A DNA stretch of 54,845 nucleotides, from positions 1 through 54,845 of the IMG/VR virus record IMGVR_UViG_3300048848_000077; one strand, written 5' to 3'. This DNA is from a virus. Taxonomy: Duplodnaviria; Caudoviricetes. Under the pieces are notes generated by a model. It saw only the letters and a list, made by a program, of their open reading frames with translations, was not told the origin of the DNA and searched no databases. Positions 1 to 8,886 of this stretch are shown piece after piece. Each line of letters starts with the position of its first letter. Positions within the stretch are counted from its first letter, which is position 1. The position numbers were made by a program, and so were the translations under genes.

Positions 1-2
1 GT

Positions 3-79
3 CGGGGCGTAGCGCAGTCCGGTAGCGCACTAGCATGGGGTGCTAGGGGTCGAGTGTTCGAATCACTCCGTCCCGACCA
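3..79 (+). tRNA. tRNA-Pro(GGG), integration target (attL side)
   Basis: CGGGGCG acceptor stem, anticodon arm CTAGC-ATGGGGT-GCTAG (GGG), T-loop GTTCGAATC, 3' CCA at 77-79. Confidence 0.97.
32..53 (+). repeat. att core, left copy
   Basis: Identical to 53368-53389; spans the anticodon arm. Confidence 0.9.
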
Positions 80-87
80 TATTTTGT

Positions 88-125
88 AAAGGGAATCAGC
101 CACTTACCGGCTCGATTCCCTTTTT
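88..125 (+). terminator. Intrinsic terminator after the tRNA, with an overlapping IHF-like site
   Basis: GGGAATC-AGCC...GGCT-C-GATTCCC followed by TTTTT; AATCAG-CCAC-TTA (94-106) fits WATCARNNNNTTR. Confidence 0.7.
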
Positions 126-137
126 GGTTTCTGGCTT

Positions 138-168
138 GCGCAAAACCCGCGCAAAACTCGCGCAAAAC
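138..168 (+). repeat. Three tandem integrase arm-type sites (P'-like)
   Basis: GCGCAAAAC at 138-146, 149-157 and 160-168 (11-bp period) between att and the int stop. Confidence 0.8.
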
Positions 169-1283
169 TATCCGGCGATTTCGCTGATATCGAGGTCCGG
201 AATGGCCTCCGACCAGATCACTTCGGCGTGTTCCTTTTGGTAGTTTTTGGTCATTCCCTCGCTGGCGTGCCCGGCGATCTTCTGCCCATCTTTTCCGGCT
301 TTCTTGTACAGGTGCAGCGACAGTGCCCTGACCTCGTGGAAGCCCGGCATCTCTTCTTCTTTCCATCCTTTGTAGCAATCCGCCGCCTCCCTGGCGTCCT
401 TGAATGCGCGAGTCAAGTAGCGTTCCTCGACCTTGGTCCAGTGCTCTTTGGTCTCAGCCTGCTTTTGCTTTTTCCGATCAGGTCGGCGGTGCACCAGGAA
501 TGGGGACACCACGTTGTCACGGCAATGGCTGATCACGCGCTGCAGCTCGGGCGTCACCATGAATCTGATCCACGCCGCGTCACTGGCTTTCGAGGTCTTC
601 TGCTGCACCACGTAGAGATAGCCATCCTTCACGTCTTCGAACTTCATCGCGAGGATATCGGTGCGCCGCTGCGCAGTGATCAGCGCCAAATCGATCGCGT
701 TTTGCAGCCAGACGGGTGCCTTCTCTCGTATCGCCTTGAGGCCGTCGACCGTGTGGCGTTTGCGGGTTTTCTTTTCGATGCGATTGATAGTGCTCGCCGC
801 AGGATTGTCGGGGCACAGCCCCTTGGCCGCTGCGTGGTTGAAAATGTCGATCAGCAGCGCCCGGCACTGGTTGGCCGTGCGCGGCGTCAACAGGTCGAGC
901 ATTTGAGCGATCATGCGGATCGAGATCTGATCGACAGCCTTCCCTTCAAACTCTCGTCGGAATCTGCGGAAGTGCACGGCATACAGCCCGAGAGTGCCCT
1001 TTGACAGCTCGCGCGGCGGCAGCACATTCTTCTCGTAATCATCCAGGAAGGCAGTGAACATTTCGGCTGATTCGCCCAGCACCACGCCGACCAGGTCAGC
1101 GCCCTGCATGAATGCCAAGTTCAGTTGCTTAGCCGCATCCACGGCCTTGACCCGGTCGGTGCCGAACTGAAACCACTTCCCATCAGTCGGGCGGCGGTAC
1201 CGGTAAGTCCCGCGCCGGTCATCCAGGTAAAGGTTCTGCGGCAAGCCTTTGTTCGACTTGTTGCGCGGCCGTGGGACCATCAT
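168..1283 (-). CDS. int: Phage integrase (tyrosine recombinase with N-terminal arm-binding domain)
   Basis: TAQRRTD (R), QQKT (K), FHEVR (HxxR), AGH, KNY (Y); adjacent to att. Confidence 0.95.
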   Translation of the reverse strand: MMVPRPRNKSNKGLPQNLYLDDRRGTYRYRRPTDGKWFQFGTDRVKAVDAAKQLNLAFMQGADLVGVVLGESAEMFTAFLDDYEKNVLPPRELSKGTLGLYAVHFRRFRREFEGKAVDQISIRMIAQMLDLLTPRTANQCRALLIDIFNHAAAKGLCPDNPAASTINRIEKKTRKRHTVDGLKAIREKAPVWLQNAIDLALITAQRRTDILAMKFEDVKDGYLYVVQQKTSKASDAAWIRFMVTPELQRVISHCRDNVVSPFLVHRRPDRKKQKQAETKEHWTKVEERYLTRAFKDAREAADCYKGWKEEEMPGFHEVRALSLHLYKKAGKDGQKIAGHASEGMTKNYQKEHAEVIWSEAIPDLDISEIAG

Positions 1284-1492
1284 GCAGCTCCTTTCAATAC
1301 CATCGCGACGAGATCGTTGCCGGCGGCTTTGTTGAATGCCGCCCAGTCGATATACCAGAGTTTCCCGATCTGCTCGCCTGGAAGCTTGCCGTCTCGGATG
1401 TAGTTGCGGATTGCCTGGGGGCAGGGAGGTGTCCCGTTTTCGCCCCAGCGCCGGCGCTGAAATTCGCTAATCTTGATCAGTTCACGCTTCAT
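1280..1492 (-). CDS. xis: Excisionase-like winged-helix protein (70 aa, MKRELIKISEF...)
   Basis: Overlaps the int start; AIRNYIRDGKLPGEQIGKLWYID Xis/MerR-like wHTH; start moved to the ATG at 1492. Confidence 0.8.
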   Translation of the reverse strand: MKRELIKISEFQRRRWGENGTPPCPQAIRNYIRDGKLPGEQIGKLWYIDWAAFNKAAGNDLVAMVLKGAA

Positions 1493-1517
1493 GGGATGCC
1501 TCTGCCCCGTCCAGGGT

Positions 1518-1901
1518 CTATGCGGGGTTGAGTGGAAACCATTCGGTCTCGTATTCGAATTGGGTGACACGCTCAATTTCGATGCTCGGCAGGCTTCGTC
1601 GGAACGTCTCTGTCCAGTATGGCTTCGCAACGTAGTCAGCGGCTTCTTCTAGAAATGCCTCCTTGTAGACACGCTGGAAGTGATCGGCCGCCGCCTCGTA
1701 GCGGTCTTCCTGGTAATTGGCAAGGCATAGGCCGCCGCAACACACTCGCCAGATCACACGCTTAGGCTGTTCCTCGGCGGCGGCTATCTTTTCGCCCATC
1801 AGCTCGACAGCGCGCCGCATCTGGTCGAGCGTCAAGAGCTCAATCCACTGCGGCGTGCTGACATGAGTAGCGTGGCCGAAGTCGCACTTTATTTCGGGCA
1901 T
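1518..1901 (-). CDS. Hypothetical phage protein
   Basis: ORF with GGAG RBS in the early-left operon. Confidence 0.65.
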   Translation of the reverse strand: MPEIKCDFGHATHVSTPQWIELLTLDQMRRAVELMGEKIAAAEEQPKRVIWRVCCGGLCLANYQEDRYEAAADHFQRVYKEAFLEEAADYVAKPYWTETFRRSLPSIEIERVTQFEYETEWFPLNPA

Positions 1902-1955
1902 GATGACTCCTCGCCCGCCGTACACCGGCAGGCATGTGGATAGATGGGGAAGGGG

Positions 1956-2132
1956 TTAATCAGCGCGAGTGAATTCGCGCTCGAAGGCGGCAGCGGTCTT
2001 GTAGTGGGTGCGGCCTTCCCAAACTGGCCTGAGCAGAAAGCACGGACCGAGTTGGGAGTGACCGGGCCAATCCCTCGACACCAGATCGCACGTATAGCGG
2101 CCACCATCACGCTTGCGGATGAACTGCGTCAT
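1956..2132 (-). CDS. Hypothetical protein (58 aa, MTQFIRKRDGG...)
   Basis: ATGA-coupled to the upstream cupin gene. Confidence 0.55.
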   Translation of the reverse strand: MTQFIRKRDGGRYTCDLVSRDWPGHSQLGPCFLLRPVWEGRTHYKTAAAFEREFTRAD

Positions 2133-2695
2133 GGAATGACCCGCTGACCCAGCAGCACGTCGGTGACCACCTCCCACAGTTTGGCCGGTGACCACTGATA
2201 GCGGTCGAAGTCTGTGTCGGGCTGTACGCCGAAGCGGCATGTCGAGTGGGCGCCCGCTGGGAACTCACTCTGCTTGTGCATGATTGTTGCGACTCGGCCG
2301 TCCCCGCCTGGCTCTGTCCGATGGTATTCGTAGGCGCGCGTGCCGTAGTCGTTACCAGCGCGAACCTCGAAGACCGGGCCGCGCTCCAGAATGGCCCTGC
2401 CGTCCGGTGTCCATGGTCGTGCGCCGTTGCCGCCGCGCTTACCCTCGTGCAGGTAAAGCACGAAGTCGCCTTCGTCATGACGCTGCATATCGAAGCAGTG
2501 GTTGATCTGCGTCCCTACCAGCACGCGGGACACGAAGTCGAAGCGGTGGTCGTGAATTGCTGAGTGCTCGAAGCACGCGCGGCGCGGCAACTCAGGGTGC
2601 CAGACGTGTAGGCGTTGATTCCCTTCCAGCTGCACCTGGACAAAGCCCAGGCCGTGCAGCGTGATTTTGTCGGTCATGATGTCGTCGATAATCAT
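2129..2695 (-). CDS. Putative cupin/double-stranded beta-helix metalloprotein
   Basis: SAIHDHRFDFVSRVLVG resembles the cysteine-dioxygenase-type HxH motif; distal His in YEYHRT. Confidence 0.6.
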   Translation of the reverse strand: MIIDDIMTDKITLHGLGFVQVQLEGNQRLHVWHPELPRRACFEHSAIHDHRFDFVSRVLVGTQINHCFDMQRHDEGDFVLYLHEGKRGGNGARPWTPDGRAILERGPVFEVRAGNDYGTRAYEYHRTEPGGDGRVATIMHKQSEFPAGAHSTCRFGVQPDTDFDRYQWSPAKLWEVVTDVLLGQRVIP

Positions 2696-2800
2696 CGGCA
2701 AAGCTCCGCCTCGCCGCATACGCAGCAGGCAATAAGTGGTAGGTAGGAGTAGGGTGGTCTAGCGATCATGAAAATCTTCATGAGATCGCCGGAGGTCTAG

Positions 2801-2995
2801 TTGTACGACATAGAAGCGTTTCGAAAAGCGATGTGCGCCGCCCTGGCTGAATACCGAGCAGCGAAGATAGATGTGATCGACGACATGAGCCGGTGTCATT
2901 ATTCAAGACCCAGCTCGCAGGCAAAGCTGGCTAGATTCAATCTCGCTATGGATGTTTGGATTGGGCTTCCCCGCTTCTTTTATGGCAGCGGGTGA
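2801..2995 (+). CDS. Small moron protein (64 aa)
   Basis: GGAGG RBS + TTG; antisense to the operon; flanked by 14-bp direct repeats. Confidence 0.5.
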   Translation: MYDIEAFRKAMCAALAEYRAAKIDVIDDMSRCHYSRPSSQAKLARFNLAMDVWIGLPRFFYGSG

Positions 2996-3080
2996 AACCT
3001 CGCGCTGAGTGGCCTTGGCGCAGCAGGCAATAGATTGAGGGAAGGTGGTAAGCTGCGCTCCTGATTGAGGAGCTGCTTGA

Positions 3081-3218
3081 TTGAAGGCGTTTACGTTTCT
3101 ACGCGACCCGATGTTTCTGGTCGGAGTGCCCGTTCTGGGCGTTGGCTTGTCCTATGAACTGGCTGTACTGACCGCGCTGGGCATGTCGTTGGTGGCCTGC
3201 GCGCTTATCCCTGCCTGA
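3081..3218 (+). CDS. Small 2-TM membrane protein (45 aa), not in the ORF track
   Basis: GAGGAG RBS + TTG; MKAFTFLRDPMFLVGVPVLGVGLSYELAVLTALGMSLVACALIPA. Confidence 0.45.
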   Translation: MKAFTFLRDPMFLVGVPVLGVGLSYELAVLTALGMSLVACALIPA

Positions 3219-3262
3219 GCTGGGTTGTTCTTGGGGCCGAACTGGCCGCGGACCGGCCTATT

Positions 3263-5356
3263 TCACGCCGCCACAGCCTGGCTTTGCGCCGCGCGCCATG
3301 GATCGTTTGCCCGGGCGAGTGCGGCCATCGGCGGTGGGCTCACGCTGTTGCCGCACATATGGACCTGCTCGGTCTTAGTGAACGGCTTGCCGTCGGCGCC
3401 GTGCGTGATGATGTAGTCCGTCGGGAAGCCCTGCGCCCTGTACAACTCGGCCGGTTGCAACATCCGCAGGCGGATGTCGACGATCACGTACGGCGTGCCC
3501 TTCACCATCACGGTGACCAGGCCGAGGCGATCCTTTGTAGTGATCGTCGGCGCGGGCTGGTCGCAGCCGCTCATGTTCTCGGTGCCGTAGTAACTGATCA
3601 GGAAGGCAGCAACGCGCAGCGCCCCTTCTTCATGCTCGGGCGACAACTCGAAGCTGACCAGTGAGCTCTTGCCACCGCCGCCCGCCGTAATGGTTGGCGC
3701 TGGATCATTCAAGTGCTGGCCGACGCTGGCGCCAAACTGGCGCTCCATGAAAGCGGTGACGAGTCCGTGGTGTGTCCCACTGGCGCTGACCGTGTGAAGT
3801 GGATCAGCGGCAGCCCGGGCGTCGCAGTTTCCGCGCAGATGCAGAAGGCTTGCCGTGACGAGCTGTTGCTGGCTACCGGTGTTCGTTACCGTGGTTACTG
3901 GGTCTTCAAGACTTTTCGCCGCCGTGGTGTTGAAGCCACCGTTCATCTGCGCCATGAAAGCCGTGGCAATTCCCATGGCGTGCGCAGCCCCGGCCGGGCG
4001 CTGATAATTGCCGCCGCTGGTGATTGTCGGCAGCGGTTCGTCCAGCGCTTTGCCTTCGTCGTTGAACCTGAACTTCACCAGGTGCGCCGCGGCGAGTGCG
4101 TGCTTCACGCCGCCGGCGACGACCGTACCCAGCGGTTGATCCAAGCCCGGCACGCGCGGTTGCTGACCTTCGCGCTCGCCATAACCCGTCTGAACCAAGG
4201 TAGGGCTGATCAGGGTCAGTTCGCCGCGGTTGGCGCACGTCACTGTCGGCAGCGGCTCAAGTGGGTCGTTGATACGGTCGCTGCCTTGATGAGTGGCTGG
4301 CGCGATGATCGGGCTAACCACCGAAAACGCTCCGCCCTTCGGGAAAGAGGTTACGGTGCGCAGTGGTTCGTTCATCGACTGCACCGTCTCAGTCGACCAG
4401 TTCGCGATCGGGACAATGAATGGCGTTGGATGATCTATGACGAACTTCTTCATGCCCTTGGCAATCCGGCGCTTCGTGGCGTCGGCGAGTTCATCCTTTC
4501 GACCGAAGATGCTTTTGCCCAAATCGCTGAAGTCGATGCACTCGGCGGCGGTGCGATATTTCTGCTGACCTTTGCCAGGCTTCTTGGCGTGGGTCGGGTC
4601 TGGCCACACGATCGGCTGCCCATCGCATCGAGCTATCATGAACAAGCGCTCGCGGCTGGTCGGCGCGCCGAAATCGCAGGCCTTGATAACCCGCCACTCA
4701 ACGACATATCCGTGCTGCCCGAGCAGCTCCACAAAACGCTTCCAGGTGGCGCCTTTGCGCTTAGGGTCCGGGACGAGGAACTGCTCGCCGACAGGAACGA
4801 TCTCGCCGGGCGCGGCAACAACCTTCACCAGCACCTCTTTACCCTTCGCGTTCAGGCCTGGCACCAGTTTGATGATGCAGCCGGTGGCCTTGTCCCGCTT
4901 GGCGATCAGCGGGCCCCATTGCAGGATCTGCTTCACGTTCTCCAGGCTGATCACTCGAGGCTTCTTTTTGCCTGCCCACTTCAGGCCGATCCACGAAAGG
5001 TTACGGATCTCGCGCTTGCGCGGTTGCCCGCCAGCGGCCTGGCTGTGGTGGGTGCAGTCTGGCGACATATGGAACCAGCCAACCGCCTTGCCACCGCACT
5101 CAGTGTCCGGATCGCCGTCGAACACGTCGGTGGTGAAGTGCTTGGCGCCCGGGTGGTTGATGGTGTGCATACTGATCGTTTTGGCGCTGTGGTTTTTCGC
5201 CACGCTGACCTTGCGACCAAGGCCCATTTCCAGCCCCGTACCGGCCCCGCCACCGCCGCAGAAGAAGTCCACGACGATCTCATCGTCTTGCGGATCGAAG
5301 CCAAGGCCGTACTGAGTTTTGAAATCGAAGGGGTGCTTCTTCTGATGTGCAGACAT
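3263..5356 (-). CDS. DNA (cytosine-5) methyltransferase with repeat-expanded variable region
   Basis: Motif I DFFCGGGG, IV SPDC, VI ENV, VIII RERLF, X GNSV. Confidence 0.92.
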   Translation of the reverse strand: MSAHQKKHPFDFKTQYGLGFDPQDDEIVVDFFCGGGGAGTGLEMGLGRKVSVAKNHSAKTISMHTINHPGAKHFTTDVFDGDPDTECGGKAVGWFHMSPDCTHHSQAAGGQPRKREIRNLSWIGLKWAGKKKPRVISLENVKQILQWGPLIAKRDKATGCIIKLVPGLNAKGKEVLVKVVAAPGEIVPVGEQFLVPDPKRKGATWKRFVELLGQHGYVVEWRVIKACDFGAPTSRERLFMIARCDGQPIVWPDPTHAKKPGKGQQKYRTAAECIDFSDLGKSIFGRKDELADATKRRIAKGMKKFVIDHPTPFIVPIANWSTETVQSMNEPLRTVTSFPKGGAFSVVSPIIAPATHQGSDRINDPLEPLPTVTCANRGELTLISPTLVQTGYGEREGQQPRVPGLDQPLGTVVAGGVKHALAAAHLVKFRFNDEGKALDEPLPTITSGGNYQRPAGAAHAMGIATAFMAQMNGGFNTTAAKSLEDPVTTVTNTGSQQQLVTASLLHLRGNCDARAAADPLHTVSASGTHHGLVTAFMERQFGASVGQHLNDPAPTITAGGGGKSSLVSFELSPEHEEGALRVAAFLISYYGTENMSGCDQPAPTITTKDRLGLVTVMVKGTPYVIVDIRLRMLQPAELYRAQGFPTDYIITHGADGKPFTKTEQVHMCGNSVSPPPMAALARANDPWRAAQSQAVAA

Positions 5357-5436
5357 AGGGGATCCTCGCCAGTGGCGTGATTCGTGGAAGTGAGGTATTT
5401 ACTTACGTGGCGGCATGGGGCCGCTTTGGAGTAGTC

Positions 5437-5652
5437 GTGAACAGAACGGAATTGAAAAAGTTTCTACGTATCCCGGATGAGCATGAGTTCAAATCCGGAG
5501 ACGGCATGATTGAGATCACAGTTGGCGTAGACACTTGGAATTATTACGAAATAGACCAAAGCGGGAAAACAGTCGCCCATTACTTGGTCGTTCAGACAAC
5601 TGACTTTGAAGGCGGTGGATCTCTCACTTGGAAAAAAACTAAGCGGAACTGA
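5437..5652 (+). CDS. Small moron protein (71 aa, MNRTELKKFL...)
   Basis: GGAG RBS + GTG; AT-richer; inserted between the two methyltransferase genes. Confidence 0.55.
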   Translation: MNRTELKKFLRIPDEHEFKSGDGMIEITVGVDTWNYYEIDQSGKTVAHYLVVQTTDFEGGGSLTWKKTKRN

Positions 5653-5663
5653 ACATTCGGTAA

Positions 5664-6800
5664 TCATGCGGCTGGATCCGCATCGTGGAAAACATCCATC
5701 TGCGCCGCGCCATCCAGCCAGGCAGCATCGATACGAGCTCGCGCCATGGCCGCGTAATCCGGGTTCAGCTCGCAGATGATCGAACGTCGACCCTCCTGCA
5801 TCGAAACCAGCGACGTGGTACCGGCGCCCCCGAATGGGTCCAGCACCACGCCACCGCGCGGCGCGCCGGCCAGGATGCAAGGCCGGATCAGGTCGGGCGG
5901 GAAGGTAGCGAAGTGGGCGCCCTTGAAACTGTGTGTGGCCACAGTCCAGACGCTGCGTTTGTTTCTGGTGAGCAAGTCCCAGCTGCTCGGCTCTCGATCT
6001 GGTCGATGCGTGCCCTTGCTCTGGCCTGGGATCGTTTGCTCGCGCTTCGATCCTTCGCGCTGGAACGAGTCACGATTCGATCTGGCTGATCCTTCCTTAT
6101 GGAAAGCGCCGTGCCCCCCGCCGCCGGTTGATGTGTCCCAGCCGGCGGGCACCGTCACTCTCGGCTTCGGTACCGCGTCGAACCCATGACCGAATCCCAC
6201 ACCTGTCGGCGTCGGCCCGTAGGCGGCTGGCTCGCGAATGGCTTGCATGTCGCAGTGATACCGCCGGGACTTGCTGAGCAGGAATAGGTATTCGTGCGCC
6301 TTTGTACAGCGATCTCGCGTTGACTCAGGCATAGGGTTCGGCTTGTGCCAGATTATGTCCTGTCGCAGATACCAGCCGTCGTCCTGCAGGGCGAACGCCA
6401 AGCGCCAAGGCATACCCATCAGATCCTTCGGCTTGTACTCGGCATGAGTCGTTGCCTTCGCTTTCCGCTGGCTCGCCATCACCTGCCGCTGGCTGATCGT
6501 CGAAACGCCCGCGCCCATATCATCCCGGCCGTGCGCGCCCCAGCTCCCCGCGTAGCTGTCACCCATGTTCACCCAGATCGTCCCGTCGTCGCGGAGTACT
6601 CGACGAACTTCGCGGAACACTGCAACAAGGCGAGCGATAAACTCGGCGGGCGTTTCTTCCAGGCCGATCTGGCCCTCGACGCCGTAATCGCGCAAGCCGA
6701 AGTACGGCGGGCTGGTCACGCAGGTGTGAACTGACTGGTCCGGCAGCGTCCGCATCATATCGATGCAATCGCCAATCAGAATCTTGTGCTGCTGGCTCAT
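5664..6800 (-). CDS. Beta-class N4-cytosine/N6-adenine DNA methyltransferase
   Basis: Catalytic VTSPPY precedes SAM-binding VLDPFGGAGTT; SPPY suggests N4C. Confidence 0.93.
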   Translation of the reverse strand: MSQQHKILIGDCIDMMRTLPDQSVHTCVTSPPYFGLRDYGVEGQIGLEETPAEFIARLVAVFREVRRVLRDDGTIWVNMGDSYAGSWGAHGRDDMGAGVSTISQRQVMASQRKAKATTHAEYKPKDLMGMPWRLAFALQDDGWYLRQDIIWHKPNPMPESTRDRCTKAHEYLFLLSKSRRYHCDMQAIREPAAYGPTPTGVGFGHGFDAVPKPRVTVPAGWDTSTGGGGHGAFHKEGSARSNRDSFQREGSKREQTIPGQSKGTHRPDREPSSWDLLTRNKRSVWTVATHSFKGAHFATFPPDLIRPCILAGAPRGGVVLDPFGGAGTTSLVSMQEGRRSIICELNPDYAAMARARIDAAWLDGAAQMDVFHDADPAA

Positions 6801-6864
6801 GGTTCGATTCCATGCGATTGGAAAAATGGCCTACTCTTACCGCTCCACAGGAAGGGATACGGTC

Positions 6865-6975
6865 ATGAGCGAAGACAGGGAAAGGGTTTTGCGGATGGCG
6901 CTGAAGGCGGCGCTGGTAGCAACCAAGGCCCGTGCATCGAAAAGGACGGGATCGCAGTGGTTGCGTTTCAAATAA
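6865..6975 (+). pseudogene. Probable truncated moron (MSEDRERVLRMALKAALVA...)
   Basis: Good RBS and helical N-terminus, but stops after 36 aa. Confidence 0.3.
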
Positions 6976-7131
6976 TTTTCAGCGATAAGCCCGTGTTGCA
7001 GGCCATGCACCGGCGGTATCCGATCCAAATGCAGGCTGCTGCGTATGCAGTCACGCGCCAGCAGAGACGATTGTCCACTTACTTAAAAAGATGCGGTATA
7101 GAAATACTATTTCCGCGCCGAGGGCTTACGA

Positions 7132-7527
7132 TTGTTTAAAGTGCGTAGTCTTGGAACTAGCTATCTTGGCCTTAACTCAATACTGAGTGGCTCGAATTTC
7201 GGTGTTTTGGATAAGCCGATTACCTTCTATCTTGACGCGGAAGGAATAGACGTGCCGCTCACGGTAAACTTCTTTTTGAGTCGAAATGCCAGTAAGGGCA
7301 CTGCCTACTGTCAAGTCGGCGAAATCGTCAATAACACCATGGATGTGTATTTTTATAATGCAGGGGTTAGCGGTGGATCAGGGTTACGTCATCCGATCAC
7401 GCTGGTAACGGTAGCAGGCATATCATTAAGCTTAATGTTTCAAGTGGACAGCCTCGCTGGCGCCCAGTTCTATAAGCTTTCCTACGAGTTCTTTCGTTCG
7501 ACTGCCATAAACTGGGAGGCTCAATGA
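7132..7527 (+). CDS. DUF6864-like all-beta protein
   Basis: Beta-rich pattern ...VYFYNAG...PITLVTVAGISLSLMFQV...LSYEFF; AT-rich moron. Confidence 0.6.
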   Translation: MFKVRSLGTSYLGLNSILSGSNFGVLDKPITFYLDAEGIDVPLTVNFFLSRNASKGTAYCQVGEIVNNTMDVYFYNAGVSGGSGLRHPITLVTVAGISLSLMFQVDSLAGAQFYKLSYEFFRSTAINWEAQ

Positions 7528-7790
7528 AGGATTGGACAAACTTTACCAAGTCATCGAGAGAGAGTAGCGAGGGAGGTAGCTCTCCGAAAGTCTCAAGCTA
7601 CCTAGCTGTCAAGCTGGTGGACAATTGGATTGCACTGGCCGTTCTCATGCTAGTTCTTGTGTTCACTGTAATTTCAATATTTGTAGACGGTTCGAAACCA
7701 GAGGGCAAGGAGCTAGTCACATGGCTAACTCATTCTGCCGGGCTTTGTCTAGGAGTGTTTCTAGGGTTGCTGAAGGGCGCGAAAATATGA
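7524..7790 (+). CDS. Two-TM membrane protein
   Basis: Two hydrophobic helices; ATGA overlap with the upstream gene. Confidence 0.7.
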   Translation: MKDWTNFTKSSRESSEGGSSPKVSSYLAVKLVDNWIALAVLMLVLVFTVISIFVDGSKPEGKELVTWLTHSAGLCLGVFLGLLKGAKI

Positions 7791-7927
7791 CAACCCATTC
7801 ACAAATCTACGTGCCTGTTAGGAGTGTTGCTGGCCGTCTCCTTTGTTGTTTTTCGGTGTCGTGACTATCATCTGCTGATGTTCGTAATGTTGATTACCTG
7901 CACAAGATCAGTGCAAAGGAGCTGAAA

Positions 7928-8137
7928 ATGCAAAGCCGAGGATCTGTAGTGCACACGGTTGGCGTATACAAGGTTTGTGAGGTGGTAGAAACCGGCATGA
8001 ACAATCAAAGAAAGGTTATTGGGTACCATGTATATGGCCCGAAGGCTGACACGAGCTGGCTGTATACTTTGGAGGTTGCTATTCAAACCGCAAATGACCT
8101 AGGCAGTAAGCCAACCAATACGCCAAAGCCTTTCTAG
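7928..8137 (+). CDS. Small moron protein (69 aa)
   Basis: AAGGAG RBS + ATG; antisense to the operon. Confidence 0.55.
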   Translation: MQSRGSVVHTVGVYKVCEVVETGMNNQRKVIGYHVYGPKADTSWLYTLEVAIQTANDLGSKPTNTPKPF

Positions 8138-8487
8138 GGAAGCCGGGCCGGCCGTATGATCTCATCCCCCGGATTGGCCCGAACTTCCGCTTGGGCTTTC
8201 TCCTCATACTGACGCGAGAGCTTTTTAGACACGACGAAAGCTGACGCGTCAGGCTTACGCAGCCGTCGTGCTTGTTCTTCGCGAGGCATTGATAGGAAGG
8301 ACAGGACCAGATCCTGCCACAGCTCCTGCACTTGGCTGTAACCATGCTCAGCCATCGCAGTGTTCATGCCTGATCGTACCCCCGCTGGCGCCTCGATCTT
8401 CAGCGTTTCGATGCCCATCTTTGCTTTTAACTCTGTCTGCCTCTCCCGGTACGCCGCAGAGTGCTTCGCTGCCGCTGTCTGTTCCAT
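8134..8487 (-). CDS. Hypothetical phage protein (possible RHH-like regulator)
   Basis: AAKHSAAYRERQ N-terminus typical of Pseudomonas phage early genes. Confidence 0.65.
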   Translation of the reverse strand: MEQTAAAKHSAAYRERQTELKAKMGIETLKIEAPAGVRSGMNTAMAEHGYSQVQELWQDLVLSFLSMPREEQARRLRKPDASAFVVSKKLSRQYEEKAQAEVRANPGDEIIRPARLP

Positions 8488-8571
8488 TGCGTGGGTCTCC
8501 GATCTGGTGCGCTGGCATGCTGAGCCAGGTCTGCCGCCTGCGCTGGTTGGCGCATTTGAATAGACGCCGCA

Positions 8572-8886
8572 TCAGGTAGCCGCGGTGAAGGTGATGCCGT
8601 GCTCTCTGGCGGTGAGTGCGACGGTGCGGGTGTCGACGCCGATCTTCATGCCGATCTGGCGGGCGTTAAGTCCGGCCTCTGCAAGCGCCCGGATCCGTGG
8701 CGCACGCTTGGCCCGCTTGGCCTTGAGCGTTTCCAGATGGTTCGTGGTGCCCAGCAACGGCGTATTTGCGCTGACGCCCTGGTCGATGTGCTGGATGCGG
8801 TGGCCGGTGGCAAGGAAGTGATCGATCTGCGCTGACAGCTGCGCGATAACCTGCTTGTGCTGGTCCGGTACGCTTTCGCCGATCAT
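8572..8886 (-). CDS. Hypothetical protein with C-terminal HTH
   Basis: LNARQIGMKIGVDTRTVALTAREHG HTH-like. Confidence 0.65.
   Translation of the reverse strand: MIGESVPDQHKQVIAQLSAQIDHFLATGHRIQHIDQGVSANTPLLGTTNHLETLKAKRAKRAPRIRALAEAGLNARQIGMKIGVDTRTVALTAREHGITFTAAT

Noticed and set aside
3713-5380. 555-aa + strand ORF, and similar long antisense ORFs at 27411, 29880, 32922, 36372, 38859 and 41276
   Set aside because: Shadow frames opposite well-supported GC-rich genes; no motifs or RBS
3263-6800. Restriction-modification system
   Set aside because: No cognate endonuclease adjacent; orphan methyltransferases are usual in phage early regions
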